Source: the human T2T-CHM13v2.0 reference genome, Homo sapiens. From it: a DNA stretch of 64,000 nt. Where the stretch lies: the NCBI RefSeq assembly GCF_009914755.1, contig NC_060948.1; one strand, 5' to 3'. The notes beneath the pieces were generated by a model. That model worked only from the letters and a program-made list of their open reading frames with translations. It searched no databases and was not told the DNA's origin. Of this stretch, positions 14,701 to 26,300 are shown piece after piece; positions within the stretch are counted from its first letter, which is position 1; each line of letters begins with the position of its first letter. The translations under genes were made by a program, and so were the position numbers.

Positions 14701-17700
14701 TTTTTTCCTTCACATGTGTCCAGAGTTTCTTCCTTCTGGCAGGTTCATTGACTTGCTCACTTCAAGAATGAAATTGCAGACCTTTACGGTGAGTGTTACA
14801 GCACTTAAAGGTATTATGTCCAGAGTTTTTTCCTTCAGATGTGTACAGAGTTTCTTCCTTCTGGCAGGTTCATGGTCTTGCTAGCTTCAAGAATGAACCT
14901 CCAGTCCTTTATGGTGAGTGTTACAGCACTTAAAGGTGTTATGTCCAGAGTTTGTTCTTTCAGACGTGTCCAGAGTTTCTTCCTTCTGGCAGGTTCATGG
15001 TCTTTCTCACTTCAAGTATGAAGCTGCAGACCTTGGTGGTGAGTGTTACAGCACTTACAGGTGTTATGTCCCGTGTTTGTTCCATCAGATGTGTCCAGAG
15101 TTTATTCCTTTTGGCAGGTTCATGGTCTTGCTCACTTCAAGGATGAATCTGCAGACCTTAGTGGTGAGAGTTACAGCACTTAAAGGTGTTATGTCCAGAG
15201 TATGTTCCTTCAGATGTGTCCAAAGTTTCTTCAATCTGGCAGGTTCATGGTCTTGCTCACTTCAAGAGTGAAGCTGCAGAATTTAGTGGTGAGTGTTACA
15301 GCACTAAAAGGTGTTATGTCCAGAGTTTCTTACTTCAGATGTGTCCAGATATTCTTCCTTCTGTCATGTTCATGGTCTTGCTCACTTCAAGAAAGAATGA
15401 AGCTGCAGACCTTTACGGTGAGTGTTACAGCATATAAAGGTGTTATGTCCAGAGTTTGGTCCTTCAGATGTGTCCAGAATTTTTTCCTTCGGGCTGGTTC
15501 ATGGTCTTGCTCACTTCAAGAATGAAGCTGCAGACTTTGGTGGTGAGTGTTACAGCACTTAAATGTGTTATGTCCAGAGTTTGTTCCATCTGATGTGTAT
15601 AGTGTTTCCTCCTTCTGGCAGGTTCATTGTCTTGCTCACTTCAAGAATGAAGCTGCAGACCTTAGTGTTGAGTGTTACAGCACTTAAAGGTGTTATGTCC
15701 AGAGTTTGTTCCTTGTGATGTGTGCAGAGTTTCTTCCATCTGGCAGGTTCATGGTCTTGCTCACTTCAAGAATGATGCTGCAGACCTTTACGGTGAATGT
15801 TACAGTACTTAAAGGTGTTATATCCAGAATTTGTTCCTTCAGATGTGTCCAGATTTTCTTTCTTCTTGCAGTTTCATGGTCTTGCTCACTTCAAGAATGA
15901 AGCTCCAGACCTTTACGGTGAGTTTTACAGCACTTAAAGGTGTTATATCCAGAGTTTGTTCCTTCAGTTGTGTCCAGAGTTTCTTCCTTCTGGCAGGTTC
16001 ATGGTCTTGCTCACTTCAAGAATGAAACTGCAGACCTTTACGGTGAGTGTTACAGCACTTAAAGGTATTATGTCCAGAGTTTTTTCCTTCAGATGTGTAC
16101 AGAGTTTCTTCCTTCTGGCAGGTTCATGGTCTTGCTAGCTTCAGGAATGAACCTCCAGTCCTTTACGGTCAGTGTTACAGCACTTAAAGGTGTTATGTCC
16201 AGAGTTTTTTCCTTCAGATGTGTCCAGTGTTTCTTCCTTCTGGCAGTTTCATGGTCTTGCTCACTTCAAGAATGAAACTGCAGACCCTTACGGTGAGTGT
16301 TACAGCACTTAAAGGTGTTATGTCCAGAGTTTGATGTTTCAGATGTGTCCACAGTTTCTTCCTTCTGGCAGGTTCATGGTCTTGCTCACTTCAAGAATGA
16401 AGCTGCAGACCTTGGTGATGAGTTTTACAGCACTTAATGGTGTTATGTAATGAGTTTTTTCCTTCGGATGTGTCCAAAGTTTCTTCAATCTGGCAGGTTC
16501 AAGGTCTTGCTCACTTCAAGAGTGAAGGTGCAGAATTTAGTGGTGAGTGTTACAGCACTAAAAGGTGTTATGTCCGGAGATTGTTTCTTCAGATGTGTCC
16601 AGATATTCTTCCTTTTGGCAGGTTCATGGTCTTGCTCACTTCAAGAAAGAATGAAGCTGCAGACCTTTACGGTGAGTATTGCAGCACTTAAAGGTGTTAG
16701 GTAAAGAGTTTGTTCCTTCCGATGTGTCCAAAGTTTCTTCAATCTGGCAGTTTCATGGTCTTGCTCACTTCAAGAATGAAGCTGCAGACCTTTACAGTGA
16801 GTGTTACAGCACTTAATGTTGTCATGTCCAGAGTTTGTTCCTTCAGATGTGTCCAGAGTTTCTTCATTCTGGCAGGTTCATGGTCTTGTTCTCTTCAAGA
16901 ATTTAGCTGCAGTCCTTAGTGGTGAGCGTTACAGCACTTAAAGGTTTTATGTCCAGAGTTTGTTCCATCAGATGTGTCTAGAGTTTCTTCCTTCTGGCAG
17001 GTTCATGGTCTTGCTCACTTCAAGAATGAAACTGCAGACCTTTACTGTGAGTGTTACAGCACTTAAAGGTATTTTGTCCAGAGTTTTTTCCTTCAGATGT
17101 GTACAGAGTTTCTTCCTTCTGGCAGGTTCATGGTCTTGCTCACTTCAAGAATGAAACTGTGGACCCTTTCGGTGAGTGTTACAGCACTTAAAGTTGTTAT
17201 GTCCAGAGTTTGTTCCTTTAGATGTGTCCAGAGTTTCTTCCTTCTGGCAGGTTCATGGTCTTGCTCACTTCAAGAGTGAAGCTGCAGAATTTAGTGGTGC
17301 GTGTTACAGCACTAAAAGGTGTTATGTCCAGAGTTTTTTACTTCAGATGTGTCCAGATATTCTTCCTTCTGGCAGGTTCATGGTCTTGCTCACTTCAAGA
17401 AAGAATGAAGCTGCAGACCTTTACGGTGAGTGTTACAGCATATAAAGGTGTTATGTCCAGAGTTTGGTCCTTCAGATGTGTCCAGAATTTCTTCCTTCGG
17501 GCTGGTTCATGGTCTTGCTCACTTCAAGAATGAAGCTGCAGACCTTGGTGGTGAGTGTTATACCACTTAAATGTGTTATGTCCAGAGTTTGTTCCATCTG
17601 ATGAGTATAGTGTTTCTTCCTTCTGGCAGGTTCATGGTCTTGCTCACTTCAAGAATGAAGCTGCAGACCTTAGTGGTGAGTGTTACAGCACTTAAAGGTG

Positions 17701-20300
17701 TTATGTCCAGAGTTTGTTCCTTGTGATGTGTCCAGAGTTTCTGCCTTCTGGCAGGTTCATGGTCTTGTTCACTTCAAGAATGAAGATGCAAACCTTTACG
17801 GTGAGTGTTACAGCACTTAATGTTGTCATGTCCAGAGTTTGTTCCTTCAGATGTGTCCAGAGTTTCTTCATTCTGTCAGGTTCATGGTCTTGTTCTCTTC
17901 AAGAATGAAGCTGCAGACCTTAATGGTGAGCGTTTCAGTACTTAAAGGTTTTATGTCCAGAGTTTGTTCCATCAGATTTGTCTAGAGTTTCTTCCTTCTG
18001 GCAGGTTCACGGTCTTGCTCACTTCAAGAATGAAACTGCAGACCTTAGTGGTGAGTGTTACAGTACTTAAAGGTGTTATGTCCAGAGTTTGTTCCTTCTG
18101 ATGTGCGCAGAGTTTCTCCCTTTTGGCAAGTTCGTGGTCTTGCTCACCTCAAGAATGAAGCTGCAGGCCTTGGTGGTGAGTGTTACAGCACTTACAGGTG
18201 TAATGTCCCGAGTTTGTTCCATCAGATGTGTCCAGAGTTTCTTCCTTTTGGCAGGTTCATCGTCTTGCTCACTTCAAGAATGAAGCTGCAGACCTTAGTG
18301 GTGAGTGTTACAGCACTTAAAGATGTTATGTCCAGGGTTTGTTCCTTGTGATGTGTCCAGAGTTTCTTCCTTCTGGCAGGTTCATGGTTTTGCTCACTTC
18401 AAGAATGAAGCTGCAGTCCTTTATGGTGAGTGTTACAGCACTTAATGTTGTCAGGTCCAGAGTTTGTTCCTTCATATGTGTCCAGAGTTTCTTCCTTCTG
18501 GCAGGTTCATGGTATTGCTAGCTTCAAGAATGAACCTCCAGTCCTTTACGGTGAGTGTTACAGCATTTAAAGGTGTTATGTCCAGAGTTTGTTCTTTCAG
18601 ATTTGTCCACAGTTTCTTCCTTCTGGCAGGTTCATGGTCTTGCTCTCTTCAAGAATGAAGCTGCAGACCTTGGTGATGAGTGTTGCAGCACTTACAGGCG
18701 TTATGTCGCGAGTTTGTTCCATCAGATGTGTCCAGAGTTTCTTCCTTTTGGCAGGTTCATGGTCTTGCTCACTTCAAGAATGAAGCTGCAGACCTCAGTG
18801 GTGAGTGTTACAGCACTTAATGGTGTTATGTAAAGAGTTTGTTCCTTCAGGTGTGTCCAAAGTTTCTTCAGTCTGGCAGGTTCATGGTCTTCCTCACTTC
18901 AAGAGTGAAGCTGCAGAATTTAGTGGTGAGTGTTAACAGCACTAAAAGTTGTTATGTCCAGAGTTTGTTACTTCAGATATGTCCAGATATTCTTCCTTCT
19001 GGCAGGTTCATGGTCTTGCTCACTTCAAGAAAGAATGAAGCTGCAGACCTTTACGGTGAGTGTTACAGCATATAAAGGTGTTAAGTCCAGAGTTTGGTCC
19101 TTCAGATGTGTCCAGAATTTCTTCCTTCGGGCCGGTTCATGGTCTTGCTCACTTCAAGAATGAAGCTGCAGACCTTGGTGGTGAGTGTTACAGCACTTTA
19201 ATGTGTTATGTCCAGAGTTTGTTCCATCAAATGTGTATAGAGTTTCTTCCTTCTGGCAGGTTCATGGTCTTCCTCACTTCAAGAATGAAGCTGCAGACCT
19301 TAGTGGTGAGTGTTACAGCACTTAAAGGTGTTATGTCCAGTGTTTGTTCCTTGTGATGTGTCCAGAGTTTCTTCCTTCTGGCAGGTTCATGGTCTTGCTC
19401 ACTTCAGGAATTAAGCTGCAGACCTTTACGGTGAGTGTTACAGCACTTAATTTTGTCATGTCCAGAGTTTGTTCCTTCAGATGTGTCCAGAGTTTCTTCA
19501 TTCTGGCAGGTTCATGGTCTTGTTCTCTTCAAGAATGAAGCTGCAGACCTTAGTGGTGAGTGTTACAGCACTTAAAGGTTTTATGTAAAGAGTTTGTTCC
19601 TACAGATGTGTCCAAAGTTTCTTCAATCTTTCAGTTTCATGGTCTTACTCACTTCAAGAGTGAAGCTGCAGAATTTAGTGGTGAGTGTTACAGCACTTAA
19701 AGGTGTTATGTCTAGAGATTGTTACTTCAGATGTGTCCAGATATTCTTCCTTCTGGCAGGTTCATGGTCTTGCTCACTTCAAGAAAGAATGAAGCTGCAG
19801 ACCTTTACGGTGAGTGTTACAGCATATAACGGTGTTAAGTCCAGAGTTTGGTCCTTCAGATGTGTCCAGAATTTTTTCCTACGGGCTGGTTCAAGGTCTT
19901 GCTCACTTCAAGAATGAAGCTGCAGACCTTGGTGGTGAGTGTTACAGCACTTAAATGTGTTATGTCCAGAGTTTGTTCCATCTGATGTGTATAGAGTTTC
20001 TTCCTTCTGGCAGGTTCATGGTCTTGCTCACTTCAAGAATGAAGCTGCAGACCTTAGTGGTGAGTGTTACAGCACTTAAAGATGTTATGTCCAGAGTTTG
20101 TTCCTTGTGATGTGTCCAGAGTTTCTTCCTTCTGGCAGCTTCATGGTCTTGCTCACTTCAAGAATGAAGCTGCAGTCCTTTACGGTGAGTGTTACAGCAC
20201 TTAATGTTGTCATGTCCAGAGTTTGTTCCTTCAGATGTGTCCAGAGTTTCTTCCTTCTGGCAGGTTCATGGTCTTGCTAGCTTCAAGAATGAACCTCCAG
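5750..20300. repeat. Satellite sub-domain 2: degenerate higher-order repeat (~11-23 monomers)
   Basis: Recurrent linked markers TGTAAAGAG+CCAAAGTTTCTTCAATCTGG, CCTTGTGATG, CTAGCTTCAAGAATGAACCTCCAGTC, CTTACAGGTGTTATGTCCCGAG, CTTCGGGCTGG. Homologous ~107-aa pseudo-ORFs at 5808, 8310, 10946, 13824, 15202 and 19594. Confidence 0.65.
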
Positions 20301-23300
20301 TCCTTTACGGTGAGTGTTGCAGCACTTAAAGGTGTTATGTCCAGAGTTTGTTCCTTCAGATGTGTCCAGATATTCTTCCTTCTGGCATGTTCCTGGTCTT
20401 GCTCACTTCAAGAAAGAATGAAGCTGCAGACCTTTACGGTGAGTGTTACAGCATATAAAGGTGTTATATCCAGAGTTTGGTTCTTCAGATGTGTCCAGAA
20501 TTTCTTCTTTCGGGCAGGTTCATGGTCTTGCTCACTTGAAGAATGAAGCTGCAGACCTTGGTGTTGAGTGTTACAGCACTTAAAGGTGTTATGTGCAGAG
20601 TTTGTTCCATCAGATGTGTATAGAGTTTCTTCCTTCTGGCAGGTTCATGGTCTTGCTCACTTCAACAATGAAGCTCCAGACCGTTACGTTGAGTGTTACA
20701 GCACTTAAAGGTGTTATGTCCAGAGTTTGTTCCTTCAGATGTGTCCAGAGTTTCTTCCTTCTGGCAAGTTCATTGTCTTGCTCACTTCAAGAATGAAGCT
20801 GCAGATCTTGGTGGTGAGTGTTACAGCACTTACAGGTGTTATGTCCCGAGTTTGTTCCATCAGATGTGTCTAGAGTTTCTTCCTTTTGGCAGGTTCATGG
20901 TCTTGCTCACTTCAAGAATGAAGCTGCAGACCTTGGTGGTGAGTGTTACAGCACTTAATTGTGTTATGTCCAGACTTTGTTCCATCTATTGTGTATAGAG
21001 TTTCTTCCTTCTGGCAGTTTCATGGCATTGCTCACTTCAAGAATGAAGCTGCAGACCTTAGTGGTGAGTGTTACAGCACATAAAGGTGTTATGTCCAGAG
21101 TTTGTTCCATCACATGTGTATAGAGTTTCTTCCTTCTGGCAGGTTGATGGACTTGCTCAATACAAGAATGAAGCTGCAGACCTTTACGGTGAGTGTTACA
21201 GCACTTAAAGGTGTTATATCCAGAGTTTGTTCCTTCAGATGTGTCCAGAGTTTCCTTCTTCTCTCAGGTTCATGGCCTTGCTCAATTCAAGAGTGAATCT
21301 CCGGACGTTTACGGCGAGTTTTACATCAATTAAAAGTGTTATGTCCAGAGTTTGTTCCTTCAGTTTTGTGCAGAGTTTCTTCCTTCTGGCAGGTTCATGG
21401 TCTTGCTCACTTCAAGAATGAACCTGCAGACCTTGGTGGTGAGTGTTACAGCACTTAAAGGTGTTATGTCCAGAGTTTGTTCCATCAGATGTGTATAGAC
21501 TTTCTTCCTTCAGGCAGGTTCATGGTCTTGCTCACTTCAAGAATGAAGCTACAGACATTTACGGTGAGTGTTACAGCACTTAAAGTTGTTATATCCAGAG
21601 TTTGTCCCTTCAGATGTGTCCAGATTTTTTTCCTTCTGGCATGTTCATGGTCTTGCTCACTTCAAGAAATAATGAAGATGCAGAACTTTACGGTGAGTGT
21701 TACAGCATATAAAGTGTTGTGTCCAGAGTTTGTTCCTTCAGATGTGTCCAGAGTTTCTTCCTTCTGGCAGGTTCATGGTCTTGCTCACTTCAAGAATGAG
21801 GCTGCAGACCTAGGTGGTGAGTGTTACAGCACTTAAAGGTGTTATGTCCAGAGTTTTTTCCTTCAGACGTGTCCAGATTTTCTTTCTTCTAGCAGGTTCA
21901 TGGTCTTGCTCACTTCAAGAATGAAGCTCCAGTCCTTTACGGTGAGTGTTACAGTACTTAAAGGTGTTATGTACAGAGTTTGTTCCTTCAGATGTGTCCA
22001 GTGTTTCTTCCTTCTGGCAGGTTCATGGTCTTGCTCACTTCAAGAATGAAACTGCAGACCATTACGGTGAGTGTTACAGCACTTAAAGGTGTTATGTCCA
22101 GAGTTTTTTCCTTCAGATGTGTCCAGTTTCTTCCTTCTGGCAGGTTCATGGTGTTACTCACTTCAACAAGGAAACTGTAGACCTTTACGGTGAGTGTTCC
22201 AGAACTGAAATATGTTATGTCCAGAGTTTCTTCCTTCAGATATTTGCAGAGTTTCTTCCATCTGGCAGGTTCATGGTCTTGCTCACTTGAAGAATGAAGC
22301 TGCAGACCTTAGTGGTGAGGGTTACAGCATATAAAGGTGTTATGTCCAGAATTTGGTCCTTCAGATGTGTCCAGAAGTTCTTCCTTCGGGCATGGTCATG
22401 GTCTTACTCACTTCAAGAATGAAGCTGCAGACCTTGGTGGTGAGTGTTACAGAACTTAATTGTGTTATGTCCAGACTTTGTTCCATCTGTTGTGTATAGA
22501 GTTTCTTCCTTCTGGCAGTTTCATGGCCTTGCTCTCTTCAAGAATGAAGCTGCAGACCTTAGTGGTGAGTGTTACAGCACATAAGCGTGTTAAGTCCAGA
22601 GTTTGTTCCTTGTGATGTGTCCAGAGTTTCTTCCTTCTGGCAGGTTCATGGTCTTCCTCACTTCAAGAATGAAGCTGCAGACCCTTACGGTTAGTGTTAC
22701 AGCACTTAATGTTGACATGTCCAGGTTTTATTCCTTCAGATGTGTCCAGAATTTCTTCATTCTGTCAGGTTCATGGTCTTGTTCTCTTCAAGAATGAATC
22801 TGCAGACCTTAGTAGTGAGCGTTACAGCACTTAAAGGTTTTATGTCCAGAGTTTGTTCCATAAGATGTGTCTAGAGTTTCTTCCTTCTGGCAGGTGAATG
22901 GTCTTGCTCACTTCAAGAATGAAGCTGCAGACCTTATTGGTGAATGTTACAGCACTTAAAGTTGTTATGTACAGAGTTTGTTCCTTGTGATGTGTGCAGA
23001 GTTTCTTCCTTCTGGCAGGTTCATGGTCTTGCTCACCTCAAGTATGATGCTGCAGACCTTTACGGTGAGTGTTACAGCACTTAAAGGTGTTATATCCAGA
23101 GTTTCTTCCTTCAGATGTGTCCAGAGTTTCTTTCTCCTGGCAGGATCATTGTCTTGCTCACTTCAAGAATGAAGCTCCAGACCTTTACGGTGAGTTTTAC
23201 AGCACTTAAAGGTGTTATGTCCAGAGTTTGTTCCTTCAGTTGTGTCCAGAGTTTCTTCCTTCTAGCAGGTTCATGGTCTTGCTCACTTCAAGAATGAAGC

Positions 23301-26300
23301 TGCAGACCTTGGTCGTGAGTGTTACAGCACTTACAGGTGTTATGTCCCGAGTTTGTTCCATCAGATGTGTCCAGAGTTTCTTCCTTTTGGCAGGTACATG
23401 GTCTTGCTCATTTCAAGAATGAAGCTGCAGACCTTAGTGCTGAGTGTTACAGCACTTAATGGTGTTATCTAAAGAGTTTGTTCCTTCAGATGTGTCCAAA
23501 TTTCTTCAATCTGGCAGGTTCATGGTTTGCTCACTTCAAGAATGATGTTGCAGAGCTTTACGGTGAGTGTTACAGCACTTAAAGGTGTTATATCCAGAGT
23601 TTCTTCCTTCAGATGTGTCCAGAGTTTCTTTCTTCTGGCAGGTTCATGGTCTTGCTCACTTCAAGAATGAATGAAGCTGCAGACATTTACGTTGAGTGTT
23701 ACAACATATAAAGGTGTGATGTCCAGAGTTTGGTCCTTGAGATGTGTCCAGAGTTTCTTCCTTCGTGCAGGTTCATGGTCTTGCTCACTTCAAGAATGAA
23801 GCTGCAGAAATTATTGGTGAGGGTTACAGCACTTAAAGTTGTTATGTCCAGAGTTTTTTCCTTCAGATGTGTCCAGAGTTTCTTCCTTCTGGCAGGTTCA
23901 TGGTCTTGCTCAATTCAGGAATGAAGCTGCAGACCTTAGTGGTGAGTGTTACAGCACTTAAAGTGTTATGTACAGAGTTTGTTCCTTCAGATATGTCCAG
24001 AGTTTCTTCCTTCTGGCAGGTTCATCGTCTTGCTCACTTCAAGAATGAAGCTGCAGACCTTAGTGCTGAGTGTTACAGCACTTAAACGTGTTATGTAAAG
24101 AGTTTGTTCCTTCAGATGTGTCCAAAGTTTCTTCAATCTGGCAGGTTCATGGTCTTGCTCACTTCAAGAATGAAGCTGCAGACCTTAGTGGTGAGTGTTA
24201 CAGCACTTAAAAGTGTTATGTCCAGAGTTTGTTCCTTCATATGTGGCCAGAGTTTCTTCCTTCTGGCAGGTTCATGGTCTTGCTCACTTCAAGAATGAAG
24301 CTGCAGACCTTTACGGTGAGTGTTACAGCATTTAAACATGTTACGTCCAGAGTTTGTTCCTTTAGATGTGTCCAGAGTTTCTTACTTCTGGCAGGTTCAT
24401 GGTCTTGCTCACTTCAAGAATGAAGCTGCAGACCTTAGTGGTGAGGGTTACAACACTTCAAGCTGTTATGTCCAGAGTTTTTTCCTTTAGATGTGTCCAG
24501 AGTTTCTTCCTTCTGGCAGGTTCATGGTCTTGCTCAATTCAAGAATGAAGCTGCAGACCTTAGTGGTGAGTGTTACAGTACTTAATGGTGTTATGTCCAG
24601 AGTTTGTTCCTGCAGATGTGTCCAGAGTTTCTTCCATCTGGCAGGTTCATGGTCTTGCTCACTTCAAGAATGAAGCTGCAGACCTTAGTGGTGAGTGTTA
24701 CAGCAGTTAAAGGTGTTATGTCCAGAGTTTTTTCCTTCAGATGTGTCCAGAGTTTCTTCCATCTGGCAGGTTCATTGTCTTGCTCACTTCAAGAGTGAAG
24801 CTGAATAATTTAGTGGTGATTGTTACACCACTTAAAGGTGTTATGTCCAGAGTTTGTTCCTGCAGATGTGTCCAGAGTTTCTTCCATCTGGCAGGTTCAT
24901 GGTCTTGCTCACTTCAAGAATGAAGCTGCAGACCTTAGTGGTGAGTGTTACAGCAGTTAAAGGTGTTATGTCCAGAGTTTTTTCCTTCAGATGTGTCCAG
25001 AGTTTCTTCCATCTGGCAGGTTCATTGTCTTGCTCACTTCAAGAGTGAAGCTGAATAATTTAGTGGTGATTGTTACACCACTTAAAGGTGTTATGTCCAG
25101 AGTTTGTTCCTTCAGATGTGTCCAGATATTCTTCCTTCTAGCATGTTCATGGTCTTGCTCACTTCAAGAAAGAATGAAGCTGCAGACCTTTACGGTGAGT
25201 GTTGCAGCATATAAAGGTGTTATTTCCAGATTTTTGTCCTTCAGATGTGTCCAGAATTTCTTCTTTCGGGCAGGTTCATGGTCTTGCTCACTTCAAGAAT
25301 GAAGCTGCAGACCTTGGTGGTGAGTGTTACAGAACTTAAAGGTGTTATGTCCAGAGTTTCTTCCATTAGATATGTATAGAGTTTCTTCCTTCTGGCAGGT
25401 TCACGGTCTTGCTCACTTCAAGAATGAAGCTGCAGACCTTTACGGTGAGTGTCACAGCACTTAAAGGTGTTATGTCCAGAGTTTATTCATTCAGATGTGT
25501 CCAGAATTTCTTCCTTCTGGCAGATTCATGGTCTTGCTCACTTCAAGAATGAAGCTGCAGACCGTTAGGGTGAGTGTTACAGCACTTAAAAGTGTTATGT
25601 CCAGAGTTTCTTCCTTCGGATGTGGCCACAGTTTCTTCTTCTGGCAGGTTCATGGTCTTCCTCACTTCAAGAATGAAGCTGTAGACCCTTACGGTGAGTG
25701 TTACAGCACTTAATGTTGTCATGTCCAGGTATTTTTCCTTCAGATGTGTCCAGAATTTCTTCATTCTGGCTGGTTCATGGTCTTGTTCTCTTCAAGAATG
25801 AAGCTGCAGACCTTATTGGTGAGCGTTACAGCACTTAAAGGTTTTATATCCAGAGTTTGTTCCATAAGATATGTCTAGAGTTTCTTCCTTCTGGCTGGTG
25901 CATGATCTTGCTCACTTCAAGAATGAAGCTGCAGACCTTAGTGGTGAGAGTTACAGCACTTAAAGGTGTTATGTACAGAGTTTGCTCCTTGTGATGTGTG
26001 CAGAGTTTCTTCCTTCTGGCAGGTTCATGGTCTTGCTCACTTCAAGAATGATGCTGCAGACCTTTACGGTGAGTGTTACAGCTCTGAAAGGTGTTATATC
26101 CAGAGTTTGTTCCTTCAGATGTGTCCAGAGTTTCTTTCTCCTGGCAGGTTCATGGTCTTGCTCACTTCAAGAATGAAGCTCCAGACCTTTACGGTGAGTT
26201 TTACAGCACTTTGAGGTGTTATGTCCAGAGTTTGTTCCTTCAGTTGTGTCCAGAGTTTCTTCCTTCTGGCAGGTTCATGGTCTTGCTCGCTTCAAGAATG

